Source: Camelus ferus (Eukaryota). Taken from it: a stretch of 64,000 nt of DNA. Under the pieces are notes generated by a model that made no database searches, was not told the origin of the DNA, and was given only the letters and a program-made list of their open reading frames with translations. This document shows positions 27,111-41,217 of the stretch, piece after piece. Within the stretch, counting starts at the first letter, position 1; each line of letters begins with the position of its first letter. The translations under genes and the position numbers were made by a program. Location: positions 95,358,001 to 95,422,000 of the forward strand of contig NC_045697.1 in assembly GCF_009834535.1 (NCBI RefSeq), written 5' to 3'.

Positions 27111-28259
27111 AAAAAAAAATTAGAATAAAACATATGGAAGGAAAGGACAGGAGGGAAGGGAAGAGAGAAAAAGATGGAAAAGAAAAGAGAAGAAAGCCCT
27201 TACGGATACTTCAAAAACTTCACTCTGTAGTTGAGGGTTAAAAAATAAGTTAATTGTTCTGTGTAATCTTTCTGATATCCTAGGTGTCTGGGATAAAAAT
27301 GTGTATTTTTTATATTTTAAAAAGTGTGTTCAAATGGTTAGATATGGCAAGTTGTATCATAGAAGAAGAAAAATGGAAAAACAATCTAGAGAAGTTAAGA
27401 TGAACTTCACAGCCAATAAGACATTTGAGCAGCATATAAAGAATGAGAAGAGATTCTTGAGGAAAAGTTAGAAAAGTGAGATATTATTTTATTACACCTA
27501 GAGGACACTTATAGGAATTCAGAGTGTTATCACTTATTGTCAATTTTCCAAATTGAAATTTTGACACTAATCAGTCTCAAATTCAAACTTCTTCTGTCTC
27601 TATAGAATCCATGGTCTTACCCTCTAAATAAATGTTACACATAATAGAGCCTTATCCTTAGGTAAATGCTGATTTTTTTTAATGTGATTTATACCTGAAC
27701 TTCCCACAGCACTTTACACATTGTCTTGCTCAGCAAATGCTATATATTTAATATATTGTTTGAAATTAATATAAGTGACAAGATTAGGCACAGAAATAGG
27801 TTGATCTAGTTTAATATTGTTTAAATCAGATGCTACTTACTTTTTTAAAACTATTGTTATGCTTCCTTAAATGGAATCTGTTACCTGTATCTATATATTT
27901 GAGGGAGGAATCATTTCCATTCATATTTTTACTGCAGTTTTTAATGCTGTTTAACAAAATTAGTATGAGTAATTATTAGCCCTGCTGTAGATAAAAATAT
28001 TAATTTTCAAATAAAGTTATCAGACTTGTTTCTAGAAACTTGATTTTCAGTAAGTGAACACTATAATGTTTTTAAATATTATTCAACTTGAATATTTTTT
28101 AAAAATTTAATTCTCTTCCAACTGATCAAAGTTTCTTACTTTAACAAAATTACATATAGAATATAGAAGTGTTGGAATTTATAAGTATTATATTTCTAAA
28201 CCAAGGTATTTGAGCACATCCTCAGTTAGATTAAGAACACAGTGCTAATTTTCTGGGGG

Positions 28260-29700
28260 GAGAAGTGCCACTTGCCAGTAATTGTCAAACCAAGATTGAT
28301 GAACTCAAATCAATCTCAGCCTGCGAAAAATATGCAAACATTGATAACAGCAAATTAGGTCAGTTTCTTCATGTAAATGATCTTTGTGTTCATCTCTTAA
28401 TTAGAAGTACTTGGCAGTGTAACAGTTGTAATTCTTGTGCTGTCAATAACAAAAGAAAAACTGGAGGATCAATAGATTCCCTGCTTTTTGTTTTACCTGG
28501 TTACAGGTCCTCTTTCCTGGCCGCTGGTGTCCACCTGGTAATGTTTCTGCTAAAGTTCACTAAATTGCAGGCCTCTCAGGAGAACGTGCTTTAGTCTGAT
28601 TATTCTTGCACCCTGAAAAATTGACTTTAAAAAGCCCGAATGACAATGTGAGCTCTCTAGCCTATGGATATCTCCCATGGTGGTAACAAAGAGAAAATTG
28701 TGTTTTTGTTTTTGTTTCTGTTTTTTTTTTAACAACAGTGTCTTTTTCAAAGGAAAACTTGAGCTTTGATCTTTTTAGGTCCTGTTACTGTTCATAATCA
28801 GGGACAGGATGCCATAGATCTGCAGTGTTCTAACTCAGAAATTTCTCTGAGTAATTTCCGGGCAGGAGTGAAAATCCATGAGAAACCAATCATTGTATTT
28901 TTTTTAAGACATGGAAGACATAAAACCATCTCTATATATTGAGTATTCTCAGTTTATATCATACACAATACATTCTTGTGGTTTTGAATGTAGAAAACTT
29001 CTACTGAATTTGACTTAAAGAAGAGAATTACACCCCACACTCATTAAATCATCCTGTGGGTCTTTGAAAAAGTTCCAAACTTCAACGCATCATAACTAGT
29101 AGGCCAATTTTCATTTTAACCATGCATGACATGAAATAAACATGCAAATGGCAAACAAAAAGCTGCTAATTTGTGTGAGAAGTTAAAATTAAGAAAACAA
29201 AAGGATAAAAGCAGTTAGTTCGTGCTACTATGCAGAGAATCCACAGTTCACATCCTGGGGGAGTGACAAACCAGTCATTTAATGCTATGTCAACACATGT
29301 ATCTTGTCTTTCATTAGTAAACTCTCCTGCTGGTCTGTGCACTGTCAGAAGCAGACCTCCTACTGACGTTCATAGAGGTGTGGAAACTGGGATGGTTTAA
29401 TAATTCTGTTTTGTTTAACTTTCTTCCTTATCCTATTTGAAGCCAATTTTCCCCTTCGCTTTTCGAACAAGTCCATATTACCTTCACTTAATGAAGTCAG
29501 TGCTAAAAATGTTTATGATTCAAGTGACCTACTTTCTTCTTAATTCCTTAGAGCACTTTGAATATCCTAGCCAACTGAGGGTCACATCTGCTTGTAAATT
29601 ACCCATGCTTTCTCTGTGTACACAGTCTGCCCACATCATCTGTGAATAAACCACCATAAAAAATAAATGGAGAGGAAAGACGACAGCAGCCATCTCCCTT
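28260..29700. promoter_or_regulatory. Repeat-free segment; candidate enhancer / conserved non-coding element
   Basis: No recognisable TE; octamer-like ATGCAAAC 28332, ATGTAAAT 28371, exact ATGCAAAT 29142; several TAAT and TGACA motifs. Confidence 0.3.
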
Positions 29701-32059
29701 TCTTTCTGAAAAGTGTTCTATAGAGATGTTGGTTAATGACCTAGGCAAGATTATAGATCCAAAGTGGTTTTCACTCCGTCAGCCCACTTCTGTCCCTACA
29801 AACCGGTTTAACTTAACTCTTAGCCATTTATAAATACTATTGCTCAAAAGCAGTGGATAAGCAAATAAATATTTAAATAACTACATATGAAATTTATGTA
29901 AAACCATCATATGAAAGTCTATGCGAAGATGACTAGATTAAGAATTTTTACACACCATTTCTTCAAATATTTCTTAAGCATAGTCAAGAGTCAGAGAAGA
30001 CCTGTCCCATTTTCCCATTGTAATTAACAAGGCCATATTTATTTTAAGAAATGTTATTTATAAAATTAATTCCTGGAATTATTTTGCAATAATATAAATC
30101 ATCATGACTTTTATTTTACACTAAGCTGCAGAATGCTTAAATGTTTTCAGAAGGCAATTTCATATTGTAAGTAGCAGTGTCCATGAGTTAAAAATTCAAA
30201 TGACCACTTCAATCAAATATATTATCCCCATCTAAATTGATAATCCATCTTCTAATGAAATTAGCTTTATTTAAACTAATTTGTTGCCTTCTTGGAATTA
30301 TCTCCAAAGTCTGTAATTCTTAAAAGAGAATTTAGATTTTGTTTGTTGGTTAGTTGATTTTAGAAATGATCAAGTACAAGTGACATAGCTTAGTAAAAGG
30401 CTTTCAGGCGAAATCAAGGACTGTCACAATGATTTTAAATGTTTAGGTGCTTTACAGTCAGACTGGGAGCAAATTCTAAAAGAATATAAAAACTTTTAGA
30501 GAATCACCTGCATTGTGAAATACATATGGAACCATCCACAGTGATTGATTTGAAATACAGCAGATATTTAAGAACATGAAATTTTGTATATTTGTTTAAA
30601 AATAATCTTAAATGTGTTTGGTGTATTTTATACCACAGTATTTTAATTAAGAAGTTTTCAGTATTTCATGCTTACTAGAAGGAGTTTTTTGCTTTTTGGA
30701 GAGCTACAGGCAACCACCTCATCCCAAATTAAAAAACACAAATAGCTTTAACTGAATATCAAGTCCCTAGAAGTAAAATGTTAATTAATGCTTGGCTTTA
30801 ATATGTTGGGAATTATTTTTTAAAACCTATTATTCTAAAATAGCAAACATTTTATAATTTTTTCTTCTTTTCTAATACTTATTTTTAATTTTTTTTACTT
30901 ATTTTGAACAAAATATTCATCATAGGATACTAAAGTTTTTGTAAAGATGCTTTAATTGATAAAATGTAAATATATTAAAGAAGAAAACAAATTATTTAAA
31001 ATGTTGAAATTTAAAGGAAGCTACAATTTCAATTAGCTGAAGGGAAAACACTTTTTGATACACACTGAATTACACACTTTTAAATGAGAAAACAATTATT
31101 TTAAATAATTAATATTTCCTTCATAATATTTGCACCATTAGCTTGTTCAAAGAGACTTATGCTTAGTCAGTTTAAAACTGTTACTAATTCTGATTTACTG
31201 GAATTCATGTGCAAGGTTTGCATGATATAAAGTAATCCAGATCTCTAAACAAACTTACAAAAAAGAATAGAAAAGTGAGAGAAAATACTTTCTACAGTTC
31301 AGGAAAACCCATGATTATAAAAGAGTGAGAAATCTTAACCTCAAAAGAAGTTTCTAAATGTAAGATTTTGTCCAGTGTCTCATATTTCTGTCATGGTTAT
31401 ATATTTATAAATAACTGACTCAAGCTGTAAAGAAATTATGAATACCTCAAACTATTATTTCTAAAATGTATTTCATATCATTTCTATCCTTGAGATTATA
31501 TATTTTTATCTATAATATTTAATGCATGTAGGAATGTTCCTTCTAAAGCACTGCTATTTTTGCCACTAGTTCTTTAAAAACACAGAATCTGTAAATAATG
31601 TATTTTAATAAATTTAAAATCACAGCCTTTTTTCATATTCTTAATTTACAGATTTTAAACATACTGTTTGGGAGTTTTTTGTTCATTAGTTTAATTTGTT
31701 TTTCTGCTTGTTTTTTTCAGGGAAAGTTTGTGGTTTTGTCTTTTCCTTCTGTCTGAGATTCTTTAAGTTGATTTTTGATTTCCCATAAAAAGCGTATTGT
31801 GTAAGATTGTAATGATTAAGTCTTAAGGTGATTATGTTTCTTCAGCAAGAATTAGTACAACTGTGTGACCGTGCATGTGTGTGTGTTTATTGATTTCATG
31901 CCCTAAAAAATTAGGAAGTATCAAATGCCTTAACAAAAAAACTGTCATCAGAAGATCTGTCAAAATGCACCCAGGAACGTTTCTCAGACCACAACTCAAT
32001 TTTTTCACTTAATATATCTGGTTTTGGTTGACTAGAAGATGTCTATAGCAGAGAATTAA

Positions 32060-32520
32060 CAAACACTCTAATTTGCTGGGGTCAGCCAGGTCTGCAGCTT
32101 TGAGATTTAAAGTCGTCTTAAATTATGCTATCAGCTTTCCAAACCTATTAGACTTAACCCATTTAGGCGCCATTGACTTCTCGGAATTACCGATAGAACC
32201 CTAATCAGAAAACCGCAGAGCAGCCAGTCTTTTGCTATCAGAAACCTCAGTACAATTTTGTGTATTAATATTTCAGAAAGTTTGTAGGAACACATACTCC
32301 CCACTGAGCACTACAGCCAGTTCAGACACAGCTCCAGTCAGTCAAGGCGGCCAGAGCCGCTGGCAGCTCCCTGTCTGTCTCTGGGCCTTGGTAATCAGAG
32401 AAAGCAAAGACAGAAGAAAATGAAGCAAAGTGAATGCCTTCATTTGATTTATGATTAGTAAGTTCCTATAAATGGAGACTCAGGTAACCGGTAAATAGAA
32501 TAGCATACGGTTACAGGAAA
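32060..32520. promoter_or_regulatory. Locally GC/CpG-richer unique segment; candidate regulatory element
   Basis: Several retained CpGs (ggcgcc, ctcgg, accga, accgc, ggcggcc, gccgc) in CpG-depleted surroundings; no TE similarity recognised. Confidence 0.3.
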
Positions 32521-33736
32521 ATGTCAATTTTATTCTGTAATGAAGCCGTAGAATTTTGAATACAATATTAGTCATTTTTCCAGGAGAAGCAATTTTTGAA
32601 GCTTTTCTGAGAACATTAGCTCTGTCTAATGTTCTTCAAAATATTTAATCCAATTTTCACCATGTATTGGTCAAAATAAAGTCTAAAAGATATCCAACAA
32701 AGTGGTGCAATTAAAAATGTCTTATAACTCAGAGAAAAAATCAATTTAGTAATGAAAACCCACGTGGATTTTTAGAACTTTTAGAGATGTAAGCAATGGA
32801 GAGAAATATAATTTCCTTGATGATAAACAGTGACCAAAGTTCAATGAAATACAGTAAAGCTAAATTAAAAAAAATAGAAACAGCAGTAAATGCAACTTTT
32901 TAAAAGGCTTGAATAACTAATTTACTATAAATAATAAGCATTGTGTACATAACTGATCTATGTGTGTATAAATGGGAAAGATCTCATGATATTTAAATTT
33001 ACTTCCTATAAAATGACACACATTTACAGTGCCCCTGAGGGAAAATATTTACAGAAATTCCTAACAAAGTAGGATTTCTTAAATTTAAATTAAAGATTTA
33101 AAAATGAAGTCACACTAAAACAGAAAAATCTATGCATTCTAAACTCAAATTTTAATAACTCAGCATATTTTCTAAAGTGAATGACTAGGGCATTGAAATG
33201 GCAACCAGAATTTGTTCCTTTTTATTTTCTTTTTTTTTTTAAACAAATTTTTATGACAGGCATATTTTCCATACTGTATAAATTTGAATATGGCATTTTC
33301 CTTGATTTACATAATTAGAAATGGAAAGCATTAAAAACATCTATCACATTATATGAACCATCGTCTTTTGATGCTTGAGTAATATGTATAATTTAGTTGT
33401 TTTTAACTGCCTGGCAGCACACAGCCCTGATCAGGATAGAAGGCCTATTCTAGTTCCAACTCTGCCATGAACTGTGTGTGTAGCATTAAGTCAGTAAGCT
33501 TCTCACCTTTAGTGAATAACTTACATTTGTGATCCCTCGCAATCCTACTATTGTATGACTATATCAAAATCTTACATATGTAGGCACATACACATTAATA
33601 TAAGTATTTCTACTGTCATCCAAATCTCTACATAATTCATACAAATCTTCATAGATATTTTATTTAAAATTCTATGCTTTATATAGGAATATGAATACAA
33701 CAATCTTTGTCAGTTCTGATTTTACTGTATTATTTT

Positions 33737-35338
33737 ATTTTATTTTACTGTGGTAAGAACACTGATGGAGATCTATCCTCAGCAAACTTTAAGTGTACAA
33801 AACATTATTTTTCACTGTAGGTACAATATTGTACAGCAGATCTCTAGAGCTTAGTCATCTTAACAGAAATGCTGTGCCTCCTAATTAATAACTCCATTTT
33901 GTACTACCTCCCACGCCCTGGTAACCTCTATTCTAGTCACTGATTTTATGAATGTGACTATTTTAGATACCTCATAAGAGTGGACTGATGCAGTACTTGC
34001 TGTGTCTGGTTTGTTTCACTGAGTATGATATCCTCCAGGTCCATCCATGCTGTCATATGTTGTCCAAGTTCTTTCTCTTCTAAAGCTGGATAGTTTTCCA
34101 CCGTATGTGTACACAGCATTTTTTTTTTCACAACATTTTCTTTATCCATTCACGTGTTGTTTAAGTTGTTTCCACATCTTGGCTATTGTGAATAGTGCTG
34201 CAATGAACATGAGAGTGCTAATATCTCTTTGAGATTCTGATTTCAATTCTTTTGAATATATACCCAGAAGCAAAATTGCTGGATTAAATATTCCATCTTT
34301 AATTTTTTGAGGAAACTCCATGCTGTCTTTCAAAGTGGCTGTTTTTTTGCATTCCTATCAAGTGTGTGCAAGGGTTTCAATTTCTCCACATCCTCGCCAA
34401 CAATTGTTGTCTTTTGTTTTGTTTTTGTGATAAGAGCCATCCTGACAGGTGTGAGGTGATCTTTCACTATGGTTTTGATTTGCATTTCCCTGATAATTAG
34501 TAATGATGTGTATTTTTAAATATAACTGTTAGAAATTTGTATGTCTTCTCTGGAAAAATGTCTATGCAAGTCCTCAGCCTACTTTTAAGTGAGTTATTAG
34601 GTTTTTGTCATTGTTGTTATTGAGTTACATGAGTTCCTTTTATATTTTGGATATTAACCCTTTATCAAATATATGGTTTACAAAATTTTCTCACATTCCA
34701 TATTTGCCTTTTCACAATGCTGATTGTTCATTTCATGTAGAAGCTTTTAAGTTTGATACAGTCCCATGTGTTGACTTTTATTTTTGTTGCCTGTGTTTTG
34801 GGTGTCAGATCCAAGAAATCATTGCCAAGACCAATGTCATGAAGCTATCCCTCCCTATGTCTTTTGAGAGTTTTGTAGCTTCAGGTCCTATATTTAATCC
34901 ATTTTGAGTTGATTTTTGTGTAAGATAAAGGTCCAATTTCATTCTTGTGACAGTGGATTTCCAGAATTCACAGCACCATTTGTTGAAGATCAATTGACCA
35001 TAGATGCCTGGATTTACCTCTGGGCTATTTATTCTGTTCCATCGGTTAATATGCCTATCTTTATGCCAGTTACATTTTGTTTAGATTTCTATAGCTTTAT
35101 AATATATTTAGAAACCAGAAAGTGTGATGTCTCCATCTTTGTTCTTTTCTCTTAGAACTGGATTGGGCTATTCATAATCTTTTATGGTTGTAGATAAATT
35201 GTAGAATTGTGTTTTCTATTTCTGTAAAAATGTCTGTGGAATTTTGATTGACATTGCACTAATCTATAGATTACTTTGGGTAGTGTGCACATTTTAACAA
35301 TAGTTAAATCTTCCAATCCATGAACACATGTATCTTTC
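33737..35338 (-). mobile_element. L1MA9-like LINE-1, non-inverted 3' segment (ORF2 C-terminus + 3' UTR)
   Basis: Minus ORFs give NPAILLLGIYSKELKS...MFIAALFTIAKMWKQ, IFNKWC, IVKMCTLPKVIYR; L1MA9-type 3' UTR gtggtaagaacac...agatctatcctc. Confidence 0.92.
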
Positions 35339-36052
35339 ACCTCCAAAAAATTGAAGAGGTAGAAACATCTCAAAACTCATTTTATAAGACCAACATTAAC
35401 CCTGACACCAAAATCAGACAAAGACACCACAAGAAAACCACAAGCCAATATCCCTGATGAATATAGATACAAAACTCCTCAACAAAGTACTAGCAAACCA
35501 CATACAACAGCACATTGAAAGCATCATACACAATGACTAAGGAGCATTTATGCAAGGATGTTTCACTATTTTAAAAAATTAATGTGATAGATCACATCAA
35601 CAGAATAAAGAATAAAAATCACATGATCTCAATAGACAGAGAAAAAGCATTCAACAACATTAAACACCCTTTCATGATAAAAACTTTCAACAAATTAGGT
35701 ACAGAAGGGAACTACTTCAACATAATAAAGGCCACACATGAAACACTCACAGCTAAGATCATATTCAATGGGAAAAAACTGAAAACACTTTCTCTAAAAT
35801 CAGGAACAAGGCAAAGATGTCCACTTTCACCACCTCTATTTAACATACTACTGAAAGACCTAACCAGGGCATTTAGATAAGAAGAAGAAATAACGGCATC
35901 CAAATTGTAAAGAAAGATGTAAACTCATTTCTGTTCTCAGACAACATGATGTCATATATGAAAAACCCCAAAGAATCTACAAAATAACCATTTAATATTA
36001 ACAACAAATTTAGTAAAATTGCAGGATACAAAATCAACATATAAAATCAGTT
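35339..36052 (+). mobile_element. Inverted L1 ORF2 reverse-transcriptase segment of the same insertion
   Basis: ORF 35584-35880 [20 protein letters not shown]...[19 protein letters not shown]; decayed FADD motif (FSDNM) at 35934; ends at GYKIN. Confidence 0.9.
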
Positions 36053-36109
36053 ATTTGTTTTATGATGCACAGTTCTTCATTTTATGAATGTACTATATAG
36101 TTTATTGTT

Positions 36110-36510
36110 ATAACATAGAAATACTGGAAACAACCTATGTGTCCCTACATGGAAGAGCAATTGAATACATTATGATATGTAATAATTTTATGTATTTGTA
36201 TATTGGTATTCTGGGTGTTGTATCTTCCAAGTTGATGCCTGGAAGTGGGGTTTTGTGGGTTGAAATGTAAGTGCATATGCAGGTTAAGTTTTGTTAGGTA
36301 TTATCAAATTTTCTCCCGGAAGGGTTGTACCAGATTGCATTCCCACCAGCAATGTATGAGAGAATCTATTCCCCAACAGCCTCACTAATTTTTAACCTTT
36401 GACAGTGATATATATAGATGGTATCTCAATGCTGTTTTACTTTTTATGCTTCTAACTATAATGAGTTTGCACATGTTTTCATATATTTGAGAGACATTTT
36501 TATATTTTCT
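36110..36510. mobile_element. Old L1ME-type 3' fragments in both orientations
   Basis: actggaaacaacctatgtgtcc (+) then gttgtaccagattgcattcccaccagcaatgtatgagag (-). Confidence 0.6.
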
Positions 36511-37071
36511 TTATCCAGGGTCTACATACTAGATCTTCTTGATGAAAGTTTGTCTCTATTTAAATCTTTTTAATATAGATAAGCACATAACCCTGCAAAA
36601 TGTAAAGATTTAAAAAGTTTATTTATGTTATTATTGTTTTCCCTTGCTACTTATGATCACTTAATGGAATAAAAACTTTAAAAAACACATGAAATAAAAT
36701 GCATCTCACATTTTGTAGACAAGTCCCAGGGGCATTCATTTTAAATCTTTTGAAAAATATTTGTAGCACATCCTATAAATTATAATACAATTTTCCTTTT
36801 GACTTAATCATGATTAAAGTATATCTTTGGTATATAATCTGAACCTAAATAGCAAAACATATTGTCTCTGTTCAATTAAAGTCACATTCATTAATTATTT
36901 ATATAGTTTTAAAACTCTAGAAATAGCATAGGAAGTTCAAGTCATATATTATTATTATGAAAATATAATTTCCTTGTGGTATTGAATAAGTTTCTCAGTG
37001 TATAAGAAATGTCTTTGTAACCTTATCTCTTTTTAAGATCTCACTATTACTCTTAATTAGTTTTTCCAGTA

Positions 37072-37220
37072 CATTGGTTTTCAAATTCAGAATCACCTGG
37101 AGGGTTTAAGACAAAGCATCTCTGATTTTCAGGTCCGTGATGGAGCTACAGGACTTGTCTATCAAGTGCCCAATTGATGCTGATGCTGCTGTTTTGGGAA
37201 TCTCACTTTGAGAACCAGTT
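37072..37220. mobile_element. MER5A MITE
   Basis: ggttttcaaattcagaatcacctggaggg...gatgctgatgctgctg...cactttgagaacca. Confidence 0.8.
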
Positions 37221-39779
37221 TTGTTTAAGAATGACAAGTCATTCTACGTTCTTCTTTCAGAGTGAGAAATAGTACTTAAAAGTAATACTTACTGGTTAAT
37301 GAACTGCATAGGTTTTCTTTTGCATGAAAATGTGCAATAACTGTTCATAGAATTTTTCTGCCCCTGGAAAGATAACTAAATTCTAAACACTTTCTTGATT
37401 TAGAATCAAGGGAAGAAGTTCAGTTTGTTAAAGAATAGTTATAAAAATAATGAGAAATTAAACTCATTTTCTGTCATTTGACACAATATTGTAGAATTAA
37501 TTTCATTTAATTTTATAAAATTAGAGATGTAAAGATTATATTTAATAAACTAATGTAATCACAAATGGAGATCAATAATTTTTAAAGTATAATTATTTGT
37601 ATCAGCACAGTTTAACATGTATCTCAGTAAATACTTATTTTTCCATTTTATTTTTTTCATATTGAAACAATGCTACCATAGTTACAGAAAAAGTATTTTA
37701 TTCATTTATTTAACTGATAATTCACACCTTAAAAAAATGATAAATGAACTCCAGGGTTATATTTAATCTCTGAAGTAAGGGTTTATTTTGTCAATTCATT
37801 TTCTTTGATTATTATTTATCCTTCCTGATACAGAGACTAGGAATTATAGTGCTAAATAAAATGTGTGCCTTAGGTTACAGAACACAGTTTAGAAGATTGG
37901 GCTCTTATCTAGGAAAGGACAAGTAAATGTAATAAAATAAATGATTAATAAAAACATCACCAAACTAGGGAAAGGTCAGCTAGAGGATAAAAAATTATTG
38001 GTAACTCCAGAAACTACAAAATAACAATGTAGAATTGGTGACTTAACACAAGTATGAGGATGAGTTGGGTGTATACAGGGTAGGAGAAGACACTTCAGGA
38101 GATGCCAAAGCAATGAAAATGCAGAGGCTTCAGGTGATATGGCAGAGATCAAAAGCAAGGTACCTGAAAAAAGGAATTAGGTGCAGATGAAGAAGGCTGA
38201 TCATATAGGCAATGAGCTTTAGAAGCAAGGGATGGAGATCCAAACTCAGTGACCAGCATGAAGAAATAGTCCCAGAAGGACTAAGAATGGACATAAGGAG
38301 AGGCTTCTTTCTCAGGGGAAATTAGACCAAGAAGTACGGATTTGAGACATAGTCTTAAGATGAGAGAAAAATACAAGAGTCTATTAAGAGTAAGGTTCTA
38401 AAACTGGGATAAAAAATTAAATACTGCTTAGAAACAAACAAACAAAAAAGAAATGTCAGTTTTGAATCGAGTTACAAATACAGGGCAAAGATAGCAGCGT
38501 CATATTTACCTAAATTTTGAATGTATTCTTAGGAGTTCTCTAGTTATTCATCTTCATTTTTCAAAGGTGAGACCCAGAAATGTGCATGGGCCTGAAATTG
38601 AAGTTTAAATTGCTCTAGTTTGCAGATATAAAAAATAACAAGCCCTGGGCCAGGCAAGACATCAACATGCATCTATAGTAACACTGCACCATAATTAGTA
38701 ACTGGATGTATTACTTAGATATATTTACTTATAAAGAAATAACATTTGAAGTGAGTTATAAAACAAAAGAAATATTATTTCAGAGAATCAATTACTATCA
38801 CTTAAAGCTTGAATTACTGAACTAATACCCTTGTTCACTTTAAGTATACATAGATGTCTGTGGATATATCGGGACCACAATTTCAGGAATTCATACAGTC
38901 CCTCTTGTCACTTGTTAGCTACTAATGAGATAACTGTAAAGAAAGAAATTCCCTAGAAGCATTTAGTTTACAGTTTTCTCACTAAAAGCAACAATCTCTG
39001 GGGATCTACTTTTTTCTAGAAATATAGAGCAAGTTGTATCATATGCCACACAATTTTGAAGTGTAAAAACATTTCTTTTAATTCTTCTGCTAAACCAAGG
39101 CAAGATTCCAAAGTGTGGAAAGCCAGCCCAGCACCCCCCTTTTCAGATTTCTACAACTTTAGGGAACAGCTCTATCTTATGCCATGTTAATTTTTTTGGT
39201 CCTGTGAGTAGGTACCTGAGAATAGTGACATTTTGAAATTCACCTCTTTCTTCTTCTTGTTCTCTTTCTTGCATAGAGTATATATTTCTCTTTGAATCTT
39301 CAGGGTCTAGAGTTTATTTGTGAATGGCTGGTTATGTCTGTTTAAATCAGGACTGCAATATATAAGAACGTTCACTTAACACTAGTGTCACTCTTAGTAT
39401 CAGGTGAAGTAGATTTCACACAAGGAATATTATAGGAGGTAAAGAGAGAAATTTCCTAATGATAAAACAGTAGGGACTTTAATAGGTAGCTTGCCAAACT
39501 TCTCCCACCCCTTCAAGGTAGTGTTTGCTTTTATACACATGTGTGTGGCTTTTGAGGCCTAAGAAATGAAGAACGGGCTTTCCCAGGTCTAGATTATGTG
39601 CACAGGCCCCTGGGTCCTTAGCAAGCAGGTTTTAGAGATGAGGGACATTCTTTGGCTAATCGAACCAGGTCTGCTGAAAAGAAGACATCTTGATTTTACT
39701 GCTGACTAAGTATTAGTGGAAACCTGGATTTAAATTGCTAGTGCTAGGCCAGGTAGGAAAAAAAATCAGAATGCTAAAT

Positions 39780-40960
39780 TTGTATTCATTTTATCTCTTA
39801 TTTTCTTAATTTAATGTATGTAGAAGTTAATCCATTTTATTGACCTCGTCGAAGAAACACCTTTGGTTTCATATTTTACTTCTTGTTTGTGGGGTTTTAT
39901 TTCACAGATTCTACTATTATCATTATTATATTATTATAATTATTATTAGTAGTGTACTATATAATTATTGTTTCCTTCCTTACGGCACTTTATGCTTAGA
40001 TTTTTTTTTTTTTCCTTTTTCAGCTTCTTAAGGTGAAAACCTACATAACTGAGTTTAAATATGTTCCCTTTAATGTCGTAATTTAACGCTGTACACCTTC
40101 ATCTAAGCACTCCTTTACTGTATTTCACACATTTTGAGACATTTTTGTTATCGTTTCTGATTTTCTTTATGATTTCCTTCCTTGGGTTTTGGGTCTTTTA
40201 TTTTTTCATGGGTCATTTAGTAGTTTGTTTTTTTTTTTAATTTCTGAATATTGGGGGAGATTACAGATATCTTGGTGTTGTTTCATTTCTTTAAATGCAT
40301 TGGTGTTTGTGTTTATCTTCAAGCATATGATCTGCTTGGTTAATGTTTCAGGTGCACGTGACAAAGACTGTGCAGTCTGCAGCTCTTGGATGTAATATGC
40401 AATAAATATCAGGTCAAGGTGGTTTGTATTGTTCAAATTCACAAATTTCTGAGAGAGGGATGTTAAAACCTTCACTTATGACAATTTGTGTTTCTTCTTT
40501 CAGTTTCACTAGTCTTTGCTGTGTGTAATATAAAGCTATAATTGGGTATATATATGTATATATACATATATGTATTGAGACTCTTTTTACCTCCTGACAA
40601 ATTGTCTAATCATTAGGAAATTCTCTCTTTATCTCCTGCAGTACTCCTCATATAAAATCTGCTTCATCTGATATTAATGTTCTTATGCTTCCTGTTTGTA
40701 TGGTACAAATATTTCTATTTACTTTTAACCTAGGTCTATTTTTACATTTAAAATACATCTCTTATAGAGAACATAGAGATGAGTATTTTTTTAAAATCCC
40801 ATCTAAAAACCTCTGCATTAGCCCATTTACACAATCAGTTTTAGATGGTAAGTTTATCACCTTGCTATTTTCACTACTTTTAATTTACTTTCATTACTTC
40901 TTTTTTTCCTCTTTTCCTGTCTTATACCTCTTTTTTTTTGAGAAACTCAATGGTTTCTAA
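39780..40960 (-). mobile_element. Old L1 ORF2 endonuclease-region remnant
   Basis: Minus ORF 40206-40475 NLNNTNHLDLIFI...SRAPETLTKQ resembles L1 EN DLNNTINQLDLIDIY...SSAHGTFTKID. Confidence 0.7.
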
Positions 40961-40994
40961 CATGTTTTAAAAATATATATGCATTGAAATAAAC

Positions 40995-41217
40995 GTCACC
41001 ATCAGTAGATTTTTAACAGTTCTCTCTCTCTCTCTCACACACACACGCACACGCACACCATACAAATTGTGACTATGTGAGGTGATAGATGTGTTAACTG
41101 ACCTTACTGTGGTAAGCATTTGGAATATATATATATATATATAGCAAATCATTATGCTGTATACCTTAAACTTACAAAATGTTATATGTTAATTATATTT
41201 GAATACAGCTGAAAAAA
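40995..41217 (+). mobile_element. L1MA9-type 3' end with internal (CT)/(CA)/(TA) microsatellites
   Basis: actatgtgaggtgatagatgtgttaactgacc...tgtataccttaaacttacaaaatgttatatg...gctgaaaaaa. Confidence 0.8.

Noticed and set aside
28508..28538. Possible 31-nt micro-exon (ttacag|...ctg|gtaatg)
   Set aside because: Weak donor, not frame-preserving, no neighbouring exons identified.
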